DNA of 32,000 nt from Jatrophihabitans sp. (GTDB lineage Bacteria > Actinomycetota > Actinomycetes > Mycobacteriales > Jatrophihabitantaceae), in NCBI RefSeq assembly GCF_035474675.1, contig NZ_DATINC010000185.1, positions 22,456 through 54,455 on the forward strand. Reading direction: 5' to 3'. Below the pieces are notes generated by a model. The model made no database searches and was not told the origin of the DNA. It worked only from the letters and a program-made list of their open reading frames with translations. Made by a program: the position numbers and the translations under genes. Below are positions 13,401-24,100 of the stretch, one piece after another (the first letter of the stretch is position 1; every line of letters begins with the position of its first letter).

Positions 13401-16400
13401 GTGCGTTCGAACAGTCCCCGCTGGCATGAGGTCTCACCGTCCCAGTTCGCCCACGAACGCGCCGGTCTTGATCTTATTCGCGAGCTCATCCCGGACCGCA
13501 AACCATTTCATGTCTGGACAAACTTCGAATTCCGTGACTCTCAAGGACGCTGGCACGAGGTCGACGCTCTCGTCCTCGGGGAGCGCCGTCTCCACCTTGT
13601 CGAGCTCAAGCACTATGCTGGCACGATCGGTGGCAACTCCTACCGATGGCAGCGTGGACGAGGCAGTGAGGACAACCCCCTCCTCAGTGCCCGGCGCAAG
13701 GCCCAGCGCCTCGCCGGCCTGATCCGTGACGCCCTGCGCGAACTGGACACGAGCGGCCAGCTGAAGGCGCCGTACGTCCAGGAGTCGGTATTCCTGCACC
13801 ACGCCGACTCTCGCTGCATCCTGCCCGCGGGCGACCGCATCGATCTCTTCGGCCCGGACGGCAAGTCGGCGAGAACCAACCTGCCCGGCATCAGCGACCG
13901 GCTGCTCGAACCGCAAGCCGGCCCGCGAAATCCGCTGATCGAGAATGACGACCTGCTGGTCCAGGTGTTCGACAAGATCGGCTTCGCCGTACGCCGCGAA
14001 CGCGAAATCGGGTCCTGGCGCCTCATCGGTCCCATCGCCGACGGCGAGGACTGGCAGGACTGGGCCGCCGAGCACAAGCACATGCACTCCAAGCGGGCCC
14101 GCGTCCGCTTCTTCGTCACGCCCGCCGGGGCCGCTGATGCTGAGCGCGCGACCGTTCGCACCCTCGTCAAGCGTGAGTACGACGTCACCGCACGGCTCAA
14201 CCACGACGGTGTGGCCAAGCCGGAGGACTACATCGAGGACGAACTCGGCGTGGGCCTGGTGTACGCCCGCCTCGACGACGAGCGGCGCCTCGACCTTTGG
14301 CTCGCCGATCACGGCGACGAACTCGGCCTGGAGGACCGGCTGCGCCTCGTGCGCCAGATCGCCGAGACGATGAAGTACGTACACCAGCGGCACCTGGTCC
14401 ACCGTGCGCTCTCACCGGCTGCCATCACGGTCAGCGGCACGACGAGCGAACCGACGGTCAAGATCGGCGACTGGCAGTTCGCCGGCGAGACCGTCCCCGA
14501 CGAACAGCGCTCCCGAGGCACTGCCACCAAGCTCTTCGCCGCCGATGAACAGTCCGCCGCCGCCGCCAACGATCCTGCAGGGGCGTATCTCGCTCCCGAG
14601 GCGCGCTGGGTTCGGGACGTCGACCGCGTCCGCCTCGACGTCTTTGCCCTCGGAGCGGTCACCTATCTAGTTCTCTCCGGCATAGCGCCCGCGGCCGACG
14701 GTGGCGAGTTGCGCCAGCGCGTTCGCAACCAGAACGGGCTGGATCTCGCTGTCGACGTGCCCGAACTGGCGAGCGGGCTGCGACAGGTCGTGCTGAGCGC
14801 CACCAACCCGATGGTCAGCGACCGGCTCGCCGACGCCGACGCCTTCCTCGCGGGTCTCGACGCGGCCGCTGAGCAGGCTCCGAACACGAACGAGCCGGAC
14901 GAAGACCCACTCGACGCGATGCCAGGCGCGACCGTCGGCAACCGGTACCGGATCAGGCGCCGTCTCGGCTCTGGTTCCACCGCCGTCGGCCTACTCGTCG
15001 AGGACGCGCAGAACGAGAACGAGCCGTACGTGCTCAAGGTCGGCCTCAACGACCGGGCCGGCCAGCGCCTCGCCGACGAAGCCCAGGTGCTCGCGCAGCT
15101 CGCTTCGACCCGATCGCCACGCATCGTCCGCATCGTCGGCGACGCACCTGTGACAGTGGGCAATCGGCAGGCTCTGATCCTCGAATCCGCCGGCGAGCAG
15201 ACGCTTTCGGACGAGCTGCGCAGCCGCCGGCGGCTCTCGCTCGACCTGCTCGAGCGGTGGGGCACCGACCTGCTCGAAGCCTTGGTCACTCTTGACGCCG
15301 CCGGCATCTCGCACCGCGATATCAAGCCGTCGAACCTCGGCATCCGCGAGGACCGCAAGTACCGGACCAAGCACTTGGTGCTCTTCGACTTCTCGCTGAG
15401 CCGAGCCGGGGCCTCTGCCATCGAGGCCGGAACTCCGCCGTACCTCGACCCGTTCCTCGGCCCACCGCAGCGTCCGACCTTCGACTCGGCCGCCGAGCGG
15501 TACGCCGCCGCGGTGACGCTCTACCAGATGGCGACGGGCAGTCCCTCCGGCCCGGTCTTCGGCGACGGCGTCAGCGACCCGGCGGTGGTTGCCGCCGAGG
15601 CCGCACTGGACGCGACGGTCTTCGATCCGAGCATCGCCCCGGCGCTGGTCGCGTTCTTCGCCAAGGCGCTGCGCCGCAACGCCACGGAGCGGTTCGACAC
15701 CGCGCACGAGATGTTGAACGCCTGGCGCGTCATCTTCCAGGCGGAAGCAACCGCCCGCGAGGTGGCTGTTCCTGCCGACCAGATCACCGCCGAAACCGAG
15801 CTGCGCGTCTCGGGGCTCTCACCCCGCGCGCTGTCGGCGCTGGAGCAGCTACGGGTCGCCACGGTCGGCGACCTCGCCACTGTCGATCCGGCTCGCCTGA
15901 CACGTCTGTCCGGCGTTGCCGAGGCCACCCGCAAGGAGATCCGCGAACAGGCCAAAGCCTGGCGGCAGTCATTCGGCGGAACCGCCCGCCGAAGCGATAC
16001 CGCGCCGGGCGACAGTCCGCTCGCCGATTCTGTCGCCACCGCGGAACGCCTCGTCGAGCTCTCCGGCGGCGACAAAGCACCCGCTCGGAGCGAGTTCGTT
16101 CGCATCATGCTCGGCCTGGAGGGCACTGCCGATCCGTTCGGCGTCGGTGACGAGATCGCGCGGGCGACCGGCAAGGGTGGACAGCCCCAGGTCTCGAACC
16201 TGATGGGCGAGTTGCAGAAGAGATGGTCGGAGCAGCGGGAGGCAACCGAGCTGCTCGACCGGGTAACGACCTTCGCCATCGAGGCCATCAACGACCTCGG
16301 CGGAGTGGCTGCGGTGCAGGACATCGTCGCCTACCTGCTACCTGCGGACGCCGACCTGGGGCAGATCCGCGTGACGACCGGCCTGCTGCGCTTCGCGATC

Positions 16401-17585
16401 GACCGCTCGGACGACGTGGCGGCCGGCGCAGACGAGCCGCCGCTGCTGGCGCGCCGCCGCCTTCGCAAGTCGGGCACCGTCCTGCTCGCCACCGACCCGG
16501 CGATCATCGAGGCGGGTACCGCACTCGGCCGCGCGACGGACTCGCTGCTCGACGAGGCCCGGCGCACCGGGCAGGCGCTGGTACCGGCGGACCGCGTCAT
16601 CGAACGCCTCAGCGCCGCGTGGCCCGCCGACCGTACGCGCCCCATCGACCGGAAGCTCACCCGGCTTGCGGCCCGATTCAGCCAGTCAGCCGCCGTCTCA
16701 GCTCGCGGCGAACTGCATGACCGCGACCTTCCCGCGGCGACCGCACTCTCGCTGGCAATCACCGGTCTCACGCCGGGGCAGACGCTCAGCGTCGACGATG
16801 TCCTTGCCTACGTCCGTTCGCGCTTCCCTGATCTCAGTCCGCTGCCCAAGCGCCCCCAGCTCGACGCGTTGATCGCCGGGTCGGGCCTGAGCTTGTCGTG
16901 GGACGAGCAGCGCAACAAGTACGCGGTCCCTGCAGATCCCGCTTTCACGATGAGCCACGTCAACCGCACCCGGCTCACCCTCGGCGCCGGACGGGCGGGC
17001 CTGCAATCCGGTCGCGAGCAGAGCCCGGCACACCTCGCCCTGGTCTCCAGCGTGCAGACCCCGACGTTCCTCGTTCTGGGGGTACCCAAGCAGCGGCGCC
17101 TCAGCCAGGCGGTTTCTGTGCTGACGCAGCGGTATGACGCCGAGGTGCTGGACGTATCCCGGATCGTGATCAGCGCGATGCGCGAACGCGCGCAGAGCGT
17201 GGGTGTGCCGTGGGAAGCCATGGTCGCAGCGGACGCCGCACCACAGGGCTCCCGAGAATGGCAGGGCATCACCGCCATCGCAGCCCAGGTTGCGCCGGCC
17301 ATCGAGGAGCAACTCCGCGCCGCCACCAACCTCCCGAGCGAGCGGCCCCTGCTTCTCATCGATGCAGCCCCCCTGGCGAGGTACCGCCAGACCCAGATCC
17401 TCGCCCGTCTCGCCGACATCGCCACCGTCCGAGCCCGAGCGACGTGGCTGCTGCTTCCGCTCGGCAACTACACCGGACCGGTCCTCGACGGCGCGGACCT
17501 GCAGTTGAGTCACAGCGGTCAGCTCCTCACGCTCGACGAACCGTGGTTCACGCATGGCGCAGTTCCGGAAGGCGACGCCGCATGA
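13401..17585 (+). CDS. pglW: BREX type 2 serine/threonine kinase PglW (NERD, degenerate kinase, kinase, HhH)
   Basis: ORF 13377..17585. The GTG at 13401 is preferred because it lies 9 nt after GAAGGGAGG (13383-13391); the TTG at 13377 is the alternative. NERD-like EVDALVLGERRLHLVELKHYAG. First kinase-like domain has HRALSPAAI and DWQ. Second domain has LGSGSTAVG, VLK, HRDIKPSN (15312-15335), DFS and GTPPYLDPF. AlphaCTD-like HhH LSPRALSALEQLRVATVGDL...SGVAEATRKEI. Confidence 0.9.
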   Translation: MRSNSPRWHEVSPSQFAHERAGLDLIRELIPDRKPFHVWTNFEFRDSQGRWHEVDALVLGERRLHLVELKHYAGTIGGNSYRWQRGRGSEDNPLLSARRKAQRLAGLIRDALRELDTSGQLKAPYVQESVFLHHADSRCILPAGDRIDLFGPDGKSARTNLPGISDRLLEPQAGPRNPLIENDDLLVQVFDKIGFAVRREREIGSWRLIGPIADGEDWQDWAAEHKHMHSKRARVRFFVTPAGAADAERATVRTLVKREYDVTARLNHDGVAKPEDYIEDELGVGLVYARLDDERRLDLWLADHGDELGLEDRLRLVRQIAETMKYVHQRHLVHRALSPAAITVSGTTSEPTVKIGDWQFAGETVPDEQRSRGTATKLFAADEQSAAAANDPAGAYLAPEARWVRDVDRVRLDVFALGAVTYLVLSGIAPAADGGELRQRVRNQNGLDLAVDVPELASGLRQVVLSATNPMVSDRLADADAFLAGLDAAAEQAPNTNEPDEDPLDAMPGATVGNRYRIRRRLGSGSTAVGLLVEDAQNENEPYVLKVGLNDRAGQRLADEAQVLAQLASTRSPRIVRIVGDAPVTVGNRQALILESAGEQTLSDELRSRRRLSLDLLERWGTDLLEALVTLDAAGISHRDIKPSNLGIREDRKYRTKHLVLFDFSLSRAGASAIEAGTPPYLDPFLGPPQRPTFDSAAERYAAAVTLYQMATGSPSGPVFGDGVSDPAVVAAEAALDATVFDPSIAPALVAFFAKALRRNATERFDTAHEMLNAWRVIFQAEATAREVAVPADQITAETELRVSGLSPRALSALEQLRVATVGDLATVDPARLTRLSGVAEATRKEIREQAKAWRQSFGGTARRSDTAPGDSPLADSVATAERLVELSGGDKAPARSEFVRIMLGLEGTADPFGVGDEIARATGKGGQPQVSNLMGELQKRWSEQREATELLDRVTTFAIEAINDLGGVAAVQDIVAYLLPADADLGQIRVTTGLLRFAIDRSDDVAAGADEPPLLARRRLRKSGTVLLATDPAIIEAGTALGRATDSLLDEARRTGQALVPADRVIERLSAAWPADRTRPIDRKLTRLAARFSQSAAVSARGELHDRDLPAATALSLAITGLTPGQTLSVDDVLAYVRSRFPDLSPLPKRPQLDALIAGSGLSLSWDEQRNKYAVPADPAFTMSHVNRTRLTLGAGRAGLQSGREQSPAHLALVSSVQTPTFLVLGVPKQRRLSQAVSVLTQRYDAEVLDVSRIVISAMRERAQSVGVPWEAMVAADAAPQGSREWQGITAIAAQVAPAIEEQLRAATNLPSERPLLLIDAAPLARYRQTQILARLADIATVRARATWLLLPLGNYTGPVLDGADLQLSHSGQLLTLDEPWFTHGAVPEGDAA

Positions 17586-20500
17586 CGATCAGCAACGACC
17601 TGACCACGCAGCTTCGTACCGAAGTGCTCTGGCTCGAAAACGACCTGCGTGCGCGCCTTGAAGCACTGCCCGAGAGAAAGACAGCATGGGAGGACGAGCA
17701 CAACCGCGCCGTCTCGCGCGGACGTACCGCCGCGGCGTGGGAGTCGTGGCGCGACGAGCGGATCACGCAGGTGGCCGTCGCGTGGGTGCTGGCGACGGTC
17801 TTCGTGCGGTTCTGTGAGGACAACGATCTCGTTCACGGGTTGTGGCTGGCCGGAACGGGCACCCGGCTTCAGCAGGCCGTCGAGTCGCAGAACGCGTTCC
17901 TGCTTGAGAAGGCCCGCACCCGCGACGTGACCGACACCGACTGGATCCTCGATGCGGTCGAGCACCTCGCGGGCCTCCGGGCGACCGCGAGCCTGGTCGC
18001 CAGGGAGAACCCGCTCCGGCTGCTACCGATCTCCGGCGACGCAGCGGAGCGGCTGATCGCGTTCTGGCGCGCCCGCGACGACGAGGGCAACCTGCTGCGG
18101 AACTTCACCGACCCCGAGTGGGACAGCCGGTTCCTCGGCGACCTGTATCAGGACCTCTCCGAGTCGGCCCGCAAGAAGTTCGCGCTGCTGCAGACGCCGG
18201 TCTTCGTCGAGGAGTTCATCCTCGACCGTACCCTGGAGCCTGCCCTCGCCGAACGGCCCCTGGAGGGGTTCAAAGCCATCGACCCCGCGTGCGGTTCCGG
18301 GCACTTCCTGCTCGGCATCTTCGCCCGCCTGCTCGACCGCTGGCACCGGGCCGCGCCCGGCATGGACGAGCGCGCCCGCGTGCAGAAGGCCCTCGACTCG
18401 GTCTACGGCGTCGACCTCAACCCCTTTGCCGTGGCAATTGCACGCTTCCGGCTCACCCTTGCCGCTCTGAAGGCGAGTGGCGAGACGAGCCTGGAGAACG
18501 CCCCCGCGTTCAAATACCACCTCGCGGTGGGTGACTCGCTGCTCTTCGGTTACGGACAGGCCGAGCTGCAGGGTGTGCACGACTACCACGACTTCGCATA
18601 CACCACCGAGGACCGCGATCTGCTGGAATCGATTCTGGCGGACGGCCAGTACGACGCCGTCGTGGCCAACCCGCCGTACATCACGGTCAAGGACTCAGCG
18701 CTCAATGCGAAGTACCGGTGGCGCTACTCGAGCTGCAAGGGAACCTACGCCCTCTCGATTCCCTTCATGGAAAAGCTCTTTGCGTTGGCCAAGGCCGGCG
18801 AGCCCGCAGGCTGGGTGGGCCAGATCACGAGCAACTCATTCATGAAACGTGAGTTCGGCTCGAAACTCATCGAAGAGTTCTTCCCCGAAGTGGATCTCCT
18901 TTACGTGATCAACTCCGAGGGAGCGTGGATTCCAGGACACAATACCGACGGCACGCCCACCGCTATCTTGGTCGGAAGAAACCGACGGCCTGCTGCCTCG
19001 ACGCTGCGAGCCGTACTAAGCAATGGGCGCCGAGAAACTCGCACCGTAGGTGATGACGGAGACGGGCCCTACTGGCAAGCACTCGTCGGCCATCTTGACG
19101 ATCCTTCGTACACGGACGACTGGGTTTCGGTCACGGATCTCGATCGGGCGGTGCTTGCTCGCCACCCGTGGTCGCTCAGCGGCGGCGGGGCCGTGGAACT
19201 GAAGGCGGCGATCGAGGCCTCCGCGGCGAGACGCTTGTCCGCAGCGATCGAGGGCCAAGTGGGTTTTGCCAGCTTCCCCGGCGCTGACGATGCGTTCTTC
19301 GCCCCCGAACATGCGCTGCTCCGCGATGACGTCCCGGCCAGCCTGATCCGCGCGGTGCTGGCAGGAGATGTCGTGCGTGACTGGGAGGTGAGGCTCGACG
19401 AATTCGCACTTGTTCCTTACGACACGCACGCCGACCTGGTGCAGTTGGACATGGACAGCTGGGGGCGACGCCAGTGGCCGCAGCGCACCGTACTCGGAGG
19501 CGTTACGGGCTTCGGGGGCGAAACGCGCGCCGACGCTGGAACTCCGTGGTGGGGGTGGTATCGATGGGTCGCAAGTCGCTACCGCACGCCGTTGTCGATC
19601 ACGTTCGCCGAAGTCGCAACCCACAACCACTTCGTCCTCGACTACGGCAAGAAGGTGTTCAAGCAGACGGCCCCGGTCATCAAACTTCCCCCCGGTGCTA
19701 CGCAAGAGCAGCACCACAGCTTGCTGACTGCCCTGAACTCATCGGTGGTCTGTTTCTGGCTCAAGGAAAAGTGCCAGCCCAAGGGCGGCGCGGCAGGCAC
19801 TTTCTGGGCGCGGACGTATCAGTTCAACGGCAGCAATGTCGAAGACATCCCGCTGCCCGCACAACCAGATGCGTTCTGGGGCCAGCGGATGACCGCGCTG
19901 ATCGAGTGTGCCAATGCCTCGTCACCGGAGCAGGCGGTATCGAACGGGCTGCTCAGCCGCCCCGAGCTCGACGAGCGACGCAGCGTCTACGAAGAGCGCC
20001 GTCGCATCGCGATCAGCTGCCAGGAGGACCTGGACTGGGCGATGTACAGAGCCTACGGACTCATCGACGAGGATCTCACCTGGGAACCCAACCTCGACAT
20101 GGCGATCAGCCTCGGGCAGCGCGCTTTCGAGATAGTGCTGGCCCGCAAGATCGCGGCCGGCGAGGCAGAGACAGCCTGGTTCGACGGGCACAACTCTACG
20201 CCAATCACGGAGCTCCCGGCCGAATGGCCCGCCGAGTACCGCAAGCTCGTGGAGCGGCGCATCGAACTGATCGAGACGAACCCGTTCATCGGGCTGCTGG
20301 AGCGGCCCGAATACAAGCGGCGCTGGATGAGCGAGTCGTGGGAGGTGCGCGAGAAGCGTGCGCTCGCCGGCTGGCTCCTGGACCGGCTCGAAGGCAGAAA
20401 GTTCTGGTTCGACCCGCAGGGCCGCCCGGTCACGCGGTCGGTCCAGCAGCTCGCGGACGAACTCGGGCGCGACACGGAGTTCACCGACGTCCTCGATGTG

Positions 20501-21127
20501 TGGGCGGGTCGCCCTGGCATCCCGGTCGTCACCAGCCTCGCCACGCTCACGGCGGACGAGTCGGTGCCCTTCCTCGCTGCGTACCGCTACAAGGATTCCG
20601 GCCTGCGCACGCGCGCGGCGTGGGAGCGGACTTGGGAGCTGCAGCGTCAAGAAGATGCCGGGATGACGCTGCGCACCCCGATCCCGGTTCCACCGAAGTA
20701 CACGAGCGCCGACTTCGTGAAGCCTTCGTACTGGACGCAGCGCGGCAAGCTCGATGTACCCAAGGAGCGCTTCATCCTGTACCCGAACGCCGGCCGCGAG
20801 ACGGATCCGACACTGGTGCTCGGGTGGGCTGGGTGGGACCACGCCCAGCAGTCACTCGCCCTGGCTACGTTGCTCCAGCAGCGCTCCGACGAGGGTGCCT
20901 CTGACGAGCGACTCGTTCCGCTCGTCGCGGGGCTGGCCGAACTGCTCCCGTGGGTCAAGCAGTGGCACCATGACCTCGACCCGATGTACGGCGACAGTCC
21001 GGCCGCTTTCTTCACCGAGCAGTTGGCCCAATGGTCGTTCCGAGTGGGGGCGACGGCGGCCGATCTCTCGGCGTGGCAGCCCAAGGCCCCGACTCGTGGT
21101 CGGCGAGGCAGGAAGGCGACCTCATGA
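17582..21127 (+). CDS. pglX: BREX adenine-specific DNA methyltransferase PglX
   Basis: ORF 17210..21127 trimmed to the ATG at 17582, which overlaps the pglW TGA. SAM-binding motif I IDPACGSGHFLLG (18278-18316) and catalytic motif IV NPPY (18668-18679). 1181 aa. The N-terminal helical region is as in BREX PglX proteins. Confidence 0.9.
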   Translation: MTISNDLTTQLRTEVLWLENDLRARLEALPERKTAWEDEHNRAVSRGRTAAAWESWRDERITQVAVAWVLATVFVRFCEDNDLVHGLWLAGTGTRLQQAVESQNAFLLEKARTRDVTDTDWILDAVEHLAGLRATASLVARENPLRLLPISGDAAERLIAFWRARDDEGNLLRNFTDPEWDSRFLGDLYQDLSESARKKFALLQTPVFVEEFILDRTLEPALAERPLEGFKAIDPACGSGHFLLGIFARLLDRWHRAAPGMDERARVQKALDSVYGVDLNPFAVAIARFRLTLAALKASGETSLENAPAFKYHLAVGDSLLFGYGQAELQGVHDYHDFAYTTEDRDLLESILADGQYDAVVANPPYITVKDSALNAKYRWRYSSCKGTYALSIPFMEKLFALAKAGEPAGWVGQITSNSFMKREFGSKLIEEFFPEVDLLYVINSEGAWIPGHNTDGTPTAILVGRNRRPAASTLRAVLSNGRRETRTVGDDGDGPYWQALVGHLDDPSYTDDWVSVTDLDRAVLARHPWSLSGGGAVELKAAIEASAARRLSAAIEGQVGFASFPGADDAFFAPEHALLRDDVPASLIRAVLAGDVVRDWEVRLDEFALVPYDTHADLVQLDMDSWGRRQWPQRTVLGGVTGFGGETRADAGTPWWGWYRWVASRYRTPLSITFAEVATHNHFVLDYGKKVFKQTAPVIKLPPGATQEQHHSLLTALNSSVVCFWLKEKCQPKGGAAGTFWARTYQFNGSNVEDIPLPAQPDAFWGQRMTALIECANASSPEQAVSNGLLSRPELDERRSVYEERRRIAISCQEDLDWAMYRAYGLIDEDLTWEPNLDMAISLGQRAFEIVLARKIAAGEAETAWFDGHNSTPITELPAEWPAEYRKLVERRIELIETNPFIGLLERPEYKRRWMSESWEVREKRALAGWLLDRLEGRKFWFDPQGRPVTRSVQQLADELGRDTEFTDVLDVWAGRPGIPVVTSLATLTADESVPFLAAYRYKDSGLRTRAAWERTWELQRQEDAGMTLRTPIPVPPKYTSADFVKPSYWTQRGKLDVPKERFILYPNAGRETDPTLVLGWAGWDHAQQSLALATLLQQRSDEGASDERLVPLVAGLAELLPWVKQWHHDLDPMYGDSPAAFFTEQLAQWSFRVGATAADLSAWQPKAPTRGRRGRKATS

Positions 21128-24100
21128 CGAACCTGTTGCGGAACCTCATCGACATCCCCGAGCGCGCCGGGGCGAACGACTACGTCCTCAAACTCGCCGA
21201 CGGGGTCGCGCCGGGCACGATCGAAGCGACGATCGATCAGTACGTCCTCACTGACGACCTCGTCAGTGCCTTCGACCAGGCACTTCACCAGGTTTCCGCG
21301 GCGCTCGTCGACGGCAAGAGCCGTGGCGCGTTCCTGGAAGGGTCGTTCGGCTCCGGCAAATCGCATTTCATGGCCGTGCTCTACGCGCTGCTCGGGCACG
21401 TCCCCGCCGCGCGTGCGAAGCCGGAACTCGCCGAGGTGATCGCCCGCTACGACGACAAGATCAGTGGCAAGAAGATCCTGCGCCTCGCCTACCACTTCCT
21501 CGGCGCGCGGACGATGGAAGAAGTGCTCCTCGGCGGCTACGTGCAGCAGATCCGCGAGCTGCATCCCGACTGCGTGCTTCCGGCGGTGCACCGCAGCGAC
21601 GCGCTGTTCGACGATGCCGATCGCCTTCGCTCCACGATGGGCGACGAGGCCTTCTTCGCCAGGCTGAACGAAGGAGGGGCCCGGAGTTCCGACGTCTGGG
21701 CCGCCGTCCTGGGAGGAAGCTGGGATCCGGCCAGCTACGACAGCGCCCGCTCGGCCACCGTCGCCGAGAACAGCCGGACGCGACTGGTCAGTGACCTCGT
21801 CCGGGTCTACTTCAGCGCCTTCACCCGCTCCGAGGACTACGTCTCCCTCGAAGAGGGCCTCGCGGTCGTCACCGCCCACGCCAGGTCACTCGGTTACGAC
21901 GCGGTCGTCCAGTTCCTGGACGAGCTGGTGCTGTGGCTGGCCTTCGCTGTGCGCGACAACGAGTTCTTCGCGCGTGAGTCGCAGAAACTGACGAAGCTCG
22001 TCGAGTTCGGCGGTGAGGCTCGTGCGCTTCCGCTCGTCTCCTTCGTCGCCCGGCAGATGGACCTGCGGCGCTACTTCGCCGAGCAGGGTGGTGCCGGTGC
22101 CCAGCTCGAAGCCGTCGACAGCGCGCTGCAGCACCAGAACGAGCGGTTCGCACACATCGTGCTCGGTGACGACAACCTGCAGTTCGTGGCCGAAAAGCGC
22201 CTGCTGAAGCCCCGCGACGCTTCCTCGAAGGCCGTCATCGACGTGGCCTTCGAGGCGCTCGACCGGCGACCGGCGGTGTGGGACGTGCTCCTCGACGGCA
22301 TCAGCGTCGACGGCACGCACCGCGGCTCGGACAAGGAGGGGTTCCGCCGCACCTACCCGTTCTCGCCGGCGCTGGTCTCGACGCTGCGCGCGCTGGCCTC
22401 GGCGATGCAGCGCGACCGCACCGCCCTGAAGGTGATGCAGAAGCTGCTCGTCGACGGCCGGGAGTCGCTCACCGTCGACTCCGTGATCCCGGTCGGCGAC
22501 GTCTACGCCCAGGTGGTCGACGGCCAGAATGCGGTCACTCCCGAGATGGGCGCGCGCATCTCGAATGCCAAGAAGCTCTACGACACCAAGCTGCGGCCGA
22601 TTCTGCTGCGCCAGAACAACCTTCACGAGGACGACGTCGCGGGCCTGCCGGCCAATCACCCGTTCATCGCCGACGAGCGCCTCGCCAAGACGCTGGTGCT
22701 TTCGGCCGTGGCCACCAACGTGCCCGCCCTGCAGGACCTCACGGCCGGACGTCTCGCCGCACTCAACCACGGCTCGATCGTCGCCCCCATCCCCGGCCAA
22801 GAGGTCTCGGCCGTCCTGGCCAAGATCCGTCGGTGGCACGTCGACGTCCCCGAGATCCACATCGGTGAAGGCAACGACCCGGTCATCCGGCTGCAGATCT
22901 CCGAGGTCGCGTACGAAACGATCATCCAACGGGCGCGGATCGAGGACAACGTCGGACGGCGGCGCGACACCCTCAAGCAGCTGGTGTACTCCGCGTTCGG
23001 CTTCGAAGACGTCTCCCCCGACGCGTTCGGAGTGCAGCGCCAGAGCCGGGTCTGGCGTGGGTCGAGGCGTGAGATCGAGGTGCTCTTCGGCAACGTCCGC
23101 GATCCGGCCTGGCTCACCGACCAGAGTTTCCGAGCCGGCCCGGACACCTGGCGCTTCGTCGTGGACTACCCGTTCGACGAGGACGGCCGCGGGCCGGTCG
23201 ACGACCTGCGCCGTGTCGAGGCGCTGAGGTCGAGCGGGTTCAGTTCCACCACAGTGGCATGGTTGCCGCACTTCCTCACGCCGCAGCTGCAGAACGAGCT
23301 GGGCGAGCTGGTGATCCTGGACTGGGTACTGGCCTCGGACCAACGGTACGGCCAGTACGCCGATCACCTCGCCGAAGCCGACCGTCCACAGGCGAAGCTG
23401 CTGCTCACCAACCGGCAGAGCGCTCTGCACGATCGCCTGACCCGAGCCGTTCAAGAGGCCTATGGGGCAGCAGCGCGCACGCCTGGAACCATCGAGGTCG
23501 ACCCGGCGCACACTGACGTCATCTTCAGCCTGGATGCCTCGTTCGCACCCGCGCCACCGGTGGGAACCGACCTCGCCGCGGCGTTCACGAACCTGCTCGA
23601 TCAAGCGTTTATCGCGCTCTTTCCCGCGCACCCGGACTTCCAGCCGTCGAATGAGCCGGTCCGCCCGACGGAGATCGCCACGGTGCTCGACGCCCTGGAG
23701 CAGGCACACCAGGACCCGAGCGGCCGGGTGCCGGTGGAGCCGGGCAAGCGCGATGTCGTGCGCCGGGTCGTGGACCCGCTCAAGATCGCCAATATGGGCC
23801 AGACGCACCTGAGCTTCGACGCCGCGCGGTTCTGGTGGGCAGGCCGATTCTCCATCGCAATGGGAGTCGCCGGCCTGGCCGCCGACGAACCGGTGACCGT
23901 CGACCAGTTGCGTGGCTGGATCACGGCCGAGCAGCCGGCGTGGGGATTGCGTCCGGAGATCGCCGACCTGGTGATCCGCGCGTGGGCGGTCCTGCAGGAC
24001 CGGGCGTGGTATCGCCACGGGACGAACCTGCCCGCACCGGTACCGGGCACGCCGCAGTTCGCCGGGGACATCGAACTGCGCCCCGAGCCGTTGCCCGCCA

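Noticed and set aside
13401-13425. GTTCGAA sequence at the island border, which looked like a tRNA T-loop / att remnant
   Set aside because: The flanking bases (GTGCG / CAGTC) cannot form a T-stem, and no acceptor or anticodon arm can be drawn nearby. The sequence is simply codons 2-4 of pglW.
12905-13427. ORFs 12905..13132(+) 75 aa and 13167..13427(-) 86 aa in the receptor-pglW intergenic region
   Set aside because: Neither has a ribosome-binding site. Their compositions are Arg/Ala/Pro-rich or Cys-rich and implausible. The second runs antisense across the pglW start.
19688-19693. C6 run in pglX as a phase-variation switch, by analogy with the G-tract of S. coelicolor pglX
   Set aside because: Six residues is short for efficient slippage, and from memory the S. 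coelicolor tract is longer. Runs of 5-6 G or C occur elsewhere in this window (11120-11125, 29544-29549). The reading frame is currently intact. It is worth checking only if population sequencing shows length heterogeneity.
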